In this document: positions 46,101 through 58,100 of the stretch, one piece after another
How positions within the stretch are numbered: the first letter of the stretch is position 1
Layout: the number at the start of each line of letters is the position of its first letter
From: an uncultured Actinomycetota bacterium
GTDB lineage: Bacteria; Actinomycetota; Actinomycetes; JACCUZ01
Direction: 5' to 3'
Assembly: GCA_963751035.1 (NCBI GenBank)
Contig: CAVVSW010000004.1
Span: 3,142 to 67,141 of the forward strand
DNA length: 64,000 bases
The notes under the pieces: model-generated
What the model saw: only the letters and a program-made list of their open reading frames with translations
Database searches by the model: none
Told to the model about the DNA's origin: nothing
Translations under genes and position numbers: made by a program

Positions 46101-49100
46101 GTCACCGAAGACGATGTCGTTGTCGGCGCCGGTGTAGACCGTGTCGTCGCCGCTCTCACCGTGCACCTCGTCCACGCCACCGAGGTCGGCGCCCGGACCC
46201 ACGACTGGGCCGCTGGCGGTGTCGAACACGATCGGCTGGAAGTCGGGGCCGCCCTGCGTGTAGTCCAGCAGCGTGACGCCACGCACCACGATCTGCTCGA
46301 GGTAGGCGTTGTCGTAGACGAAGGACACGTACTTGGTCACCGCGCCGACGTCGATGTGGTTGATGCCGACGATCCGGATGATCTGGCCGTTGTCACCCAC
46401 GATGGTGTCGGCGTCGCGGCCGTGCATGTCGGTGAGTGGCAGGTCGTCGTAGCCGGCCCGGGTGCCCGCGCCGCCGAAGATGATGTCGTCGCCGTCGGGG
46501 CGGTTGGCGCGCGTGGTCAGGCTGAAGAAGTCGCTGCTGCCGCCGAGGATGTCGTCCTGGCCGAGACCGCCGAACACGACGTCGTTGCCGCCGCCACCCT
46601 CGATGTAGTCCTGGCCGTCCGTGGTCGCCTCGAAGCTCGCCACGGTGGTCAGCGGGCCGACCGGGTCGCAGACGGTGCCGACGCAGCCGCCGGGGGTCCG
46701 CGAGGCGCCGACGTGCGAGACCGCGGCGTGCGCGGACTCGATGCCGCCGTCACCCTGGATCACGTCGTTGCCGAGCTGGCCGAAGAGCAGGTCGTCGGCC
46801 GCGCCACCGGCGATGTAGTCGTTGCCGAAGCTGCCGGCCCCGGCGCCACCGGCGTCGAACGTGGCTGTGTGCAGAGCGGCGTAGTTGACCGAGTAGGAGG
46901 CCCACCACGGGACGCTGACGTCGGTGTCGCGGTAGGTGCGCGGAGCGCCGTCCACCAGGAGGACACCGGAGCTATCGGCGTTCGGGATGCCGAAGCCGGC
47001 AGGCACGGGACGGTCGGTGCGGCTGTAGATCAGCGTGCCGGCCAGCGTCTGGAACCGGAAGCTCGTGAAGTCGGTGAACCGGTTGGTGAGGACGGTCACG
47101 TTGTCGCCGAAGACGAGGTCGTCCTGCTCGTCGCCGTCGAGCATGTCGTCGCCGGCGCCGCCGATCACGATGTCCTGGCCCAGGCCGGCGAACACGACGT
47201 CGTCGTCGCCGTCCTGCAGTGAGTCGGAGGAGATGGTGAGGACCTTGTCGAGCTCGGTGGTCTGGATCCGCTGCAGCTTCGGGCTGGGCGAGTTCGGGTC
47301 CGCGACGTCCATGGCGATCACGCCGTGGTCACCGAAGATGATGTCCGCGTAGACGCCGTCCGTGCTGCCCGTGACGGTCCCCGTGCCCTCGCCGTAGATC
47401 AGGTCGCGGCCGGCGGTCACCGGGTCGGCGTTCGGGAACGTGCTCTGGTTCGACGTCGGGATGCTCAGCGCGCGGGTGAGGATGTCGACGTTGATGCCCG
47501 AGTCGCCGTAGATGTGGTCGACGCCGCGGCCGCCGATGATGGTGTCGTCGCCGGAGCCGCCGGCCAGGTGGTCGCCCGCCTGGCTGCCGATGATGGTGTC
47601 GTCGCCGGCGCCGCCGTAGATCGTCAGGCCGACGGTCGGCAGCACACCGGTGGCGCCCGCGAAGAGCAGGCTGGCGTCGATCACGTCGTTGCCGCTGTCC
47701 CGGAACGGGTTGCCGAGTGCGAAGACCCACTCGTCGTCCTCGTTCTCGGCGTCGGGCACCGTGGTGAACGGGTTGAACGGCTTGTCCCCGAACTCGCGCC
47801 CGTCGACGGTCGCCGGGTCGCCGCTGTACCAGAGGCCGTCCTGCGAGGTGTCGCCGTAGATGACCAGCGGTGAGTTGGGCCCACCGAGCACGCCACCGGT
47901 CACCGGCTGGAGCACGATGTAGTCGCCGCCCATCCGGGTGGGACCGGCCAGGTCGCCCCGGTAGCCGTGCACCGTGAGGCCGACCACGTGCGCCGGCGTC
48001 AGCGCCGCACCGGCGAGTGTGAGCGTCGAGGCGGTGACTCCGGTCACGGTCCAGGAGCCGGCCAGGCCGGAGATGAAGGCCGCCATGCCGACGACGAAGC
48101 CGTCAGCGATCCACGAGCCCGCGGCGCGGGTGATGGAGCTGGTGGCGATGTCCATCGTGCCCGTGGCCTGCGCCCGCTGCGCGTCGACCACCGAGACGAG
48201 CGCGTCGGTGAGCGATCCGGCGGCGGTGGCCTGTCCGGACAGGGCCTGCAGCTGCATCCGGCTGCCGGTGCCGCAGCCCTGGAACGGGTCGCTGAGCGGG
48301 CAGGCCGTGTTGGCGAAGCCGGTCACGAGCCAGACCCCGGGCAGCCCGGCCACGGTCACGTGCTGGCCGACCTGGTAGCCGTCGCCGGTCCAGGCGAGAC
48401 CGTCGGCGCGGGCGATGTGGAGCTGGCCTGCCGCCGGCGCGGTCGTCGTCCCGGAGGCCTCGATGGACAGCGCGGTGTTGCCGCCGCCGTGGACCACGGT
48501 GAGGCCACCGTGCGGTCCGGGGACCGCTGCGGAGGTCACGGTCGAGCTGCCGGTCGGCAGTGTCGCGCCGGCCAGCGGAGCGAAGGTCAGGACGTTGGCG
48601 GTCACCGCGATGACCCGCCAGGTGCCGTCCCGGCCGCCGAGCATGACCTGCTGGCCCACGACGAAGCCCTGGGTGATCCAGCTGAAGCCGACCACGGAGT
48701 GGGTCAGCGTGGCGCCGCCCACGATGGGCGCGAAGACGGCCGACCCGGCCCAGGAGACCGTCTCCACCGGCGAGACCGTGCGCGTCATGGAGGAGCCGGT
48801 CAGCGGCACCGAGGCGCCCGCGAACGGCCGGAGCTTGAGCACCAGCGCGGTGAGGTCGACGACCTGCCAGGTCCCGCTCAGGCCGGACACGGTGACCTGC
48901 TGGCCGATGGTGTAGCCGTCGGTGACCCAGCTGCCGGTGCCGCGGGTGAGGGAGATGCCAGGCACCGGCACGGTCCCGCCGAAGAGGTCGGCGATCGGCG
49001 CGAGCGCGAGCGGGGCAATGACGTTGACGGCGGTGAGCGGGTCGAGGGTGCCGGTGATGACGAGCTTGTCGTTGCCCTGGCCCAGCAGCAGGTTAAGGAC

Positions 49101-52100
49101 CTCGATCGTGCTCTTGGCGCCGTTGGTCCCGAACGAGCCGCCGACCGCGTTGACCGCTCCGAACGAGATGCCGCCGGGGACGACCAGAGACTCGCCGAAG
49201 CCGATGTCGCCAGCGGTGAGGCTCGGGTCGTTGGTCATGAAGTTGAGCTCGCCCGCCATGCCGAACCCGGTCAGCGTCGTCGACGACAGGGTGCCGGAGG
49301 TGTCGGACTGGCTGGAGTCGTTGAAGATGTTCAGCACGTCGATCTGGGACGACTCCGGTGCCTGTGCTGCGATGTTGAACAGCGGCGCGTCGGTCTCGCC
49401 CGGCAGCTTGACGCCGTTCTTCAGGCTGCGGTCAGCACCGGCGGCCACGCCACCCTCGACGGCCAGCGGCCCGCGCAGCTTGGAGAGCAGGTGCGTCGAG
49501 ACCGGGAAGACCTTGACGTTCTCGTGGCGCGGAGGCAGCGAGTAGAGCGTGTCGGCCTGCAGCTCGACCCGCTGCTCCATCCACCAGTCCGAGCCGGTGA
49601 AGGTGACGACGGGGGCGATCCGGGTGACGGTGACGTTGGCGAGGTTGCCGTTGACCAGCCACGCCGGCGCCGCGCCGTACGTCGTGAACTGGATCTTGTC
49701 GTCCTTGGCCTTGTTGTCGCCGCGGATCAGCGCAATCTTGAAGCGGCCGCAGACGGCGCCGGAGCAGGCCTCGACCCACTGGCCCTCGAGGAACCCGTCG
49801 GTGAGCCAGCCGGGCAGCTCGGTGCCGGCCAGGCCGGTGCGCACGAGGCGGCGCTCGGTGCCGACGATCTCGACCCGGATCTGACCACTCCAGAGGCCGG
49901 CCCGGGTGAGCCGGTTGACCAGCACGCCGGTGTACGTCGCGGGCAGCGTGGCCAGCTGGGTGGTCAGCGTCAGCGTGGTGTCGGTCACGCTCTGGACGTA
50001 GACCTCGCAGCCGAGCGCGGGGCAGCCGCCGATGACGATGCGGAGGAACTGGCCGGCGAGCAGACCGTCGTCGATGAAGCTGCCGAGGTCACTGATGCCG
50101 GTGCGGGTGAAGGTGGTCTTGCCGCCCGCGTGGCTGACGATGACGCTGCCCTCGAAGGCGCGGCTGGCCTGGTAGCCGCCGATCGTCACGTAGTCGGCCG
50201 GGGTGACGGCAATGCCGTTGATGCTGACGACGTCGACCAGGCCGTCGGTGAGCACGGCGACCTGCACCGGGGCGATCGGCGCCTTGGTGAGGCGCAGGAA
50301 CTCGTCGTCGGTCGCGCCACCCAGGACGACGAGCGTGCTGCCGCCCGACTCCTGGACCACGACGTTGGCCGTCTCGTCGTCCCACACCTCGACGGCCACG
50401 CGCACCGGCGGCGCGTACTGGCTCGGGAAGACGTAGCCCGGGGCGGTGCTGGAGGCGTCCTTGACGAACGTGATCACCGCGGTGCGCGGGTCCGAGCGGC
50501 GGCTGTCGTCGCGCGGGGTGACGATCAGGCGGACCGCCTTGTCCCAGGTGGACGAGTTGAAGGTGATCGTGCGCGCAACCGCGTCCCAGCAGGTCGGGTT
50601 CTCGGGCGGGCAGACGGCCGAGACCGAGATGGCCGCGTCGCTCTCGGCGTCCATCACGAGCCGGACCACCACGGTCCCGGAGGTCGGCGCCATCGCCAGC
50701 CGGACCAGGAGGTCGTCGGTCAGTCCGGTGATGCTGTCGCCCTCGATGACCACCGTGCGACGGTCCTCGGTGCTGGTGCCGTGGCCGACCTCGACGACGT
50801 AGACGCCAGGCGTGTCGTTGTCGCGCAGGTTGACCTCGACGTTGCGCACGGCGGTGCCGTCGAAGCGCGCGTCCTTCGAGATCACCGAGTGGGACACAGT
50901 GACGACTCGGTCGCCCTCGGAGCGCAAGTCGTCCTCGGCGAAGACGTAGACGTACTGGTCGGTCGTCCCGTTGCCGGGGGTGAACGTCAGCACGACCGCG
51001 CGGCCGTCGGCGTAGCGCAGCTGGCCGTCGACGTAGATCGCGCGGCGGAAGTCCGAGCGCGCGGTGCACGCTCCGGCACCGCCGGTGCACACCCAGAGAC
51101 TGTCGCCGGCGGGGCTGCCGTCAGCCTCTTCCTGGAACGTGCGTGCGGCGGAGACTGTGACGTAGACGTTGTGGGTCGGGAGAACCGCGAGGCGCACGGC
51201 GTAGCGGTCGATCGAGATCGGGCCGCCCTCGCGCACGGAGGTGAAGCCGTCGGTCTCGGTGATGACGACGTTGCCCTGGTTTGCGGTCGCCACGTTGAGG
51301 TCGATGCCGTCCACGATCAGGCCGTCGTAGGCCGGGTCGGGCGAGGTGACGCTGTGGTTGACGCTGCCGCTGATGCCCTCGAGCTCGCGGACGATGATGT
51401 CTTCGACGACATCGCCGGTGACGTTGATCGAGTCGCTGCCGAGGCCGCCGATGACGCGGTAGGCGACACCGAAGGCCGTGGACTGGACGAAGAACTCGTC
51501 GTCGCCCTCGAGCCCGTCGACCTCGACCACCTCGACGGTGGCGTAGCGAACGTTCAGGCCGGCGCCGAAGATGCCCTTGGCGGTGATGACGAAGTCGTCC
51601 GCGAACTCGGTGCCGAGAACGACGATCTTGTCGAAGCCGCTGCCGCCGTCGATGGAGACCGGCGCGTTGACGTTGTAGGAGACCTCGTCGTCGCCGCCGC
51701 CGGCGCGGACGTCCATCGGCCGGGCGGTGGAGAAGCCGAGCCCGATGCGCGGGCGCGCCACGCCGTCGGCGTCGAGCGGGATGGTGTCGTCGAGCCAGTC
51801 AGCCGTCAGGCCCATGGCGTCCGCGGCGTTGCACACGCCGTCGCCGTTGTTGTCCTTGCGGAGCGTGGCGCCGGAGCCGCAGGTCCCGAAGGGCACGGTG
51901 GTCGGGTAGGTGCCCGTGGCCGGGTCGAGCGGGCTGGACACGTCAGCGATGTCGCAGTCGGTGTCGCCGTCGGCGCTGCGGTCGCAGATGGCTGCGAGGG
52001 CGAACGCGCGGACGGTGAAGATGTCGTTCTGGTCGCCGCCCTCCAGGCGCAGCTCGGCCTGGTTGGAGTAGACCGTGAACGAGTCGTTGCCGGTGCCGCC

Positions 52101-55100
52101 GAGCGCGACCAGCGGGGCGCTGGTGCCTGGGCTGAGCCAGCCACGCGTGGTCGCCACCAGCGTCGGGAACGTGTCAGCCGGCGCGACCCCACCGTCGATG
52201 GCGTTGCGCTTGGAGCCGAAGATCTGGCCGATCTGGAAGCTGTCCGCACCTGACCCGCCGTCAAGCGTGATCGTCACGGTCGTGTCGTCGACGAAGAACG
52301 AGTCGTTGCCGCCGTAGCCGAAGACGTCGAGCCGGGCGTTCAGGCCGGTGTCGTAGTTGACGCGCTGAACTGCGGTCGGCTGCCCCAGCGGGACGTTCGT
52401 CTGCTGGTACTGGCTGACCGTGCCGTGGAGGAGGGCGACGAAGCCGGGGTGGTCTGCGCTCTCGGTCGGGCTCAGGCAGGTGCCGTCGGGGTTGAGACCG
52501 TAGGTGCCGTCGGTGTCGATGCAGCGCGAGGCCCGCAGCAGGAAGATGTCGTCGGTGGTCTCGCGGCCGAGGACGAAGCCCTCGTCGACGCCGTCGTTGC
52601 TCGCACCGGTGTCGAGGATGTTGATCACGTAGTTGCGGACCGAGCCAGTGCTGCCGGTGGTCTGCACCGTGTAGGTGTCGCTGTCAGCCTGGCCGTCGAG
52701 GGTCAGCGTGTGACCAGCGCCCGCAGGCTGGCCGACCTGGCCGGAGCCGACAGCCATGTTCTGCAGGTAGTAGACGAAGAACCGGTCCTCGCCGTCGTCG
52801 CCGGTCGAGAGCTTGGAACCGTCAACCTGGACGACGGGAGCGACGCTGCTTCCGTATGCCCGCGTCTTGGAGCCGAGGCGGATGTAGCCGGCGCTGCCGA
52901 GGGTGGTGCCTCCGGCGGCCCCACTCGGGTCGCCGAACTGGATCGTGTCGATGTCGCTGTTGCCGAAGATGGTGGTCAGCCACAGCGGTGGGCTGTTCGC
53001 CCCGTTGACGAGGTAGCCGGACGTGATGTCGCCACGGAAGACCATCGTCGACCCGTAGTTGAGGTCGGCGTTGGAGTAGTCGCCGTAGACGTCGATCGCG
53101 TTGGTGGCGCGGATCATGCTGTTCTGGTGGGAGCGCAGGTCGTCACCCACGCGCAGCAGCACGGAGCCTGAGCTGGCGTTGATCATGCCGTTCGGCACCG
53201 GCAGCCCCGGCAGCGGCGGTGCCGGGTCGTCCTCGTGGAACCGAACCCCGCCGTCCTTGGTGAGGAACAGGTCGTCGTCCTCGCCCAGCAGGCCGTCGTT
53301 GCTCTCGCGAACCGTCAGGCGGACGTTGCCGTTCTGGGCGTCGGCGAGCACCAGTCGCAGGTAGGAGTCGGTCTCGGTGAGGTAGATCGAGTTGCTGGCG
53401 CGCAGGCCGACGTCGGATGCACCGGGCAGCGCCTCGAGGGCTGTGTCGTCGTCGACGACCACCGTGTCTCCGCGCGAGGAGTCGATCTCGAGGTCGTTGA
53501 GGTCTGCGCCGATGCTCCCACCGCGGGCGATCAGGTCGATGCTGCGGCCGAGCACGTCAGCAGCGTCGTCACCGGCACCGCTGTTGCGGGCGTCCACGAT
53601 GGACCCGTTGAGCGTGCCGAGCGCGACGTCCTTCAGCGAGTGAACGGTGTGCACCTTGAGGTCGCCCGACGTCTCGGTGATGTAGATGCCCTCCGAGTTG
53701 GCGGTCGTGTTGTCGAACGCCTTGAGTACGCCGAGCGGCGAACCGTTGAGCACGTCCACGTCGATCTCGAGCCAGTTGGTCGGCGTGCCGATGCCGCCCT
53801 GCACGTTGCCGAGCCCGGCGTACATCGTGATGTTGACGCCGCGCACGTCCGTTCCCGTGGTGGGAGTGCTGGCGGTGAATCCGGAAATCGGGTCTGGCGT
53901 CGCCTGCGCGTCGTCCTCGGCGTCCAGGATCCGGCCGAGGGCCCAGAGCGTGACGTCGCTTCCGCTAGACGAGATGTCGTTGACCCGGAAGTCGCCGAGG
54001 CGCTCCTCCGCGTTGATGAACGAGGTCGTGAGCAGGATCACCGAACCGGTTCCGTCGCCGTTGCTGTCCGCGTTGACGATGCCGGTGAAGCTGATCTGGC
54101 CGCTCGTGAGGTGGCGCACCGAGACGAAGTCGCCCGCCGACAGGTAGGCGGTACCGCCAGCGGGCCGGTCGCCGATCGAGATCGAGCCGCCGAGCCCCGT
54201 GTAGTGCTCCGCCGAGGCGGCGAAGAGGTAGTGGCCCGTGACGGCAACCTCGGAGGTGGAGTACACGCCGAGCGCCTGCACCGGGCAGTTGCCGGCTGGC
54301 TCGCCGACCGGCGTGCAGTCGGGGCGGAAGAAGCGCTGCCAGGCCGCCTGCCCGAAGTTCGTGACGGTGCCGACCGACTCGCGGTGGACCTCGACGCCAC
54401 CGGGGCCACTGAGGCCGGTCCGGTCGAAGCTGTCGAGGACGAAGATGTCGATGTCGTCGCCGGCGACGATCGGGCCGAAAGTTATGACGAACTGATGGGC
54501 TGCGCGGCGACCTGCGTCGGCGTGCCGCTCGGACTGGACGTTCAGGACGACATCGTCGGCGGCGTCCGCCGTGATGACGATCTCGCGGGTGAACAGGCCG
54601 GCAAAGCCGGGCGCCGCGCCGACGTGGCTGGGGACGTACGTGCCGCGCGCCATGCGACGGAGCGGGTCGCTTGCCGGGGCGACACCGGTCTCGGTGTAGT
54701 CGCTCTCGATCAGCTCGACGTTGAGCTGCACGCGGCTCGACGGGCTCGTGTGCGTCCCGATCGAGCCGTTCGGCGCGTCGAGGTCGAGAACGTTCGTCCG
54801 GATCAGCTGGCTGCCCGAGAGCCGCTCGATGTCGCCGCGGTTGGAGCGGATCCTGGTCACGCCGATCGGGTTCTCGATGACGCCGTTCAGGAAGATGTCC
54901 CAGCCGTTCTCCGCGACGGGCGCGTTGACGACCTGGAGGTTGAAGATGTCGACGGCGGTCTCGATGTACGAGTGGATGATCTCGAAGTCGAACGTCTGGC
55001 CCTCGCCCACGTTGTCGGTGCGGAACGTGAACGAGTCGCTGTTCGGGACGTTCTTGACGTTGATGACGATCTCGTCCGCGCCGGGCGTCAGCGTCACGTC

Positions 55101-58100
55101 GACGGCGTTCACGATGATGTCGTGCTGTGAGCGGTTCGTGATCTTGACGTAGTCCCAGGTCTGCTGGAAGTCGAAGATCGCGGCGTTGCCCCAGATCTCG
55201 CTCTGCGGCATGCCACCGAACTCGTCCGACTCGAACAGGACGGACGCCCCGAGGTTGTAGACGATGTCATTGATCGTGATCGTGCCGCTGACGGTTCCTC
55301 CGAGCACGAGCGCCCCGGCTGCGGAGCTGCCGGTGATGTTGACGAGCGTGACGACCACGCCGTTCTCGTCGATCTCGATCTCCGGGTTGGGCTCGCCGAG
55401 CAGGATCGCCGTCGACTCCCAGTCGATGTGACGCTCGATGTTGTTCGACGAGCTGCCGTCGCCACCACCGAAGACGATGAAGCCACCGCCCGTCCTGGCG
55501 TCGTCCGTGGCCTTCGTGCCCGTGGCCTTGGCGAACACCTGGAGGTCGGCTGTGGTGATGAACGCGTCCTTGGCGCCGGTCACGAGCGATGTCCCGTTGG
55601 CCGATGAGGTGGCGTCCGCATCCTTGCCGCCGGCGAAGCAGTCGCAACGGCCGACGGCCTTCGAGTTGATGGTCTGCAGCTGGTCGGCCGTGATGACGAC
55701 CGACTCAGCACCGATCAGCTTCGCCAGCGTCGCCAGCGTGACCGAGCTGGTGCTGTCGGAACGCGAGATCGAGTCGGCGTCGGAGTCGCAGAACCCACAG
55801 TCGGCGTCGGAGTCGGAGTCCGAGACTGCCGTGCCGTTGGTCTGTGCCGTGAGCGCGATGGTCGCGCCCTTGAGCGTCGCGCTGCCCTCGATCGTGACGG
55901 TGTCGAGGCCCCGCATCGTGATCGTGTCGTCGTCGAGATTCTTGGAGCGACCGACGTAGGCCTCGGCGCGTGAATCCGCGTCACCACCGAAGGAGCCGAA
56001 GTCGGACTCCGCCTCTGCGGCGGCGGCGGCATCGGTGATCGCCTTGACAGTGAGCGAGGTCCCAGCGGTGAGGGTGCCGCCGACCTCGACCTCGGTCGCG
56101 TACGCGCTGTAGGCGAACGCATCCGTGCCGTCGCTGCCGAGGAACCCGCCCGAGTCCGACGTGGCGAGCGCGCCGACATCGCTGGTGGTCCGCCCCTGCA
56201 CGAGAATCGAGTGGAGAGCCGTCAGCGCGGCGCCGCTCTGGATGTCGATCTTGCTGTTGTTCGTGCCGCTCGCAGTGGAGCGGGCGCCGCTGATCGAGAT
56301 CCCTCCGCCACCAGTGCCGTCCGCGGTTGCCGTGATGTTGAGGATCGACCGCGTAAGGACCTCGATCACGTCGGCCTCGAGCGACGCACCAGTGTTGATG
56401 GTGATGTTCGTGTCGAGCGTCGCGCTCGCCTTGGTCTCGACGTTGCCGACGTTGATCGCGCCGCCCGTCGTGCCGCTCGCCGACGCCACGGCCTCTAGGT
56501 CGCCGGCCGCGGATGCGGAGAGCGTGGAGGCACCGCCGACACCCGAGAAGCGTCCGTTGTCGTTGCCCGCAGACGCGCTTCCGATGTCGACGATCAGGCT
56601 GGCGGTCCCGCTGCCGGCCGAGGTGAGGTTGATGCCCTCGTGGGCGAACCGGTGGCCGCTGAACGACAGGTTGGCGGTGTAGTTGGCCAGGCCGCCACCG
56701 AGCTCAGGGTTGAAGCCGTTGGTCTTGGTGATCGACGACGAGATGCCGATCGCCGTGCCGCCGAGCGTCTCGAGCCGGAACTGGTTGGCGCCGAGACCGG
56801 TCGTGTCGACGAGGTAGGTGGCACCGTCGGTGAGACCCGGGATCGGGGCGTTGATGGCCAAGGTGAGCGTGTGCCGGTTCTCGCTGTTCGCCTCGGTCTT
56901 CGTTCCCGGGTTGAGGGAGATCGGGTTCCGGCGAGCGGAGCGTGCATCAGTCTCCGTCCCGTCGTCACCGCCGTCGGGGAGTGCGCAGTTGCTGCCGGCA
57001 GCACCGCCGACCGCGTCGCAGTAGGACGTGTGCAGCTGGATCAGGTAGCTGCTGCCGGACACGAGCGAGACGAAGTACATCGTGCCGTCGGTGAGCCCGA
57101 TGTTGCTGCCGTCGAGGCTGTGGTAGATGACGGCGTCGCCGGCTGCGAAGGTGTGGGCCGACCAGGTGCCGCTCGAATTGGGGGTACCGGCGAAGATCGC
57201 GTTGTTGTTCACCGAGTTGAGCGGGAACGACGTGCCGATGTCGGGCCCGGAGCTCCCGAGGCTCGCGACGTCGACCATCGCGTTGGTGAACTGCAGCGTC
57301 GGGGCGGGCGCGTGGTACGTCACGTTGGTTCCGTCGCCGAACCCGTGGTTCGTCGTCGTGGTTACGACGTCGGTCCCACCGTTGACGCTCGAGACGTTCT
57401 GGGAGTTCTCGGACTGCCCGTCGGGCAGGAGCTTGATCGTGCGCGAGTCGATGACGTTGACCGAGTAGCGCGTGCCGTCGGTGAGGCCGCCGATCGTCGT
57501 GCCGCCGTTCCGGTAGTACTTGACCGACTGGCCGTCGTAGAAGTTGTGGTCCTGCGAGAACGTGATGGTGTCGTTGGTCGTGTCGACCTGCGTACCGGCG
57601 TTGAAGAGGTTGCCGAGTGAGATCGTCTGGTTCGTCACCTTGATCACGTTGTAGGACTGCCCGCTGACCAGACCGCAGCACGAACCGCTGTAGATGATCG
57701 TCTCGCCACCGTTGAGCTGGTGGTTGAGCGCGGTGTTCTCGCCGAGCGCGGTCAGGGTCACGACATCCGTGGCCCCGTCGATGCTCAGCACGGTGCCGTC
57801 ACTCACGCTGTTGGTGCCCCCGCCGTGCTGCGCGGTGATGGTGATCTTCGATCCCGCGATGACACGGTTGGTGTCGCCCACGTTGACCGACACGTCGGGG
57901 CTCATCTTGATCGTCGAGTCGAACCCGGAGACGGAGATCACGCCGCCGCCGCCACCACGGGCGCGCGCATCCGCGTCGGACGCCTGGTTCCCGACGACGT
58001 TGATGTTGCCGCTGACGTGGACGATCATCGAGCCGACGCCGAAGTTGACCGTCAGGTCGGGCGAGGTCGTCGCGACTGCCGATCCACCGCCGGCGTTGAC

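Noticed and set aside
44277-55130. Very long plus-strand ORFs (981 aa at 44277-47222, 1428 aa at 47967-52253, 631 aa at 53235-55130) antisense to the giant gene
   Set aside because: Their composition is dominated by R/G/A/D/V/H/E runs with no motifs. They are exactly antisense to a strongly protein-like ORF. They are typical shadow ORFs of high-GC DNA, where stop codons are rare in every frame.
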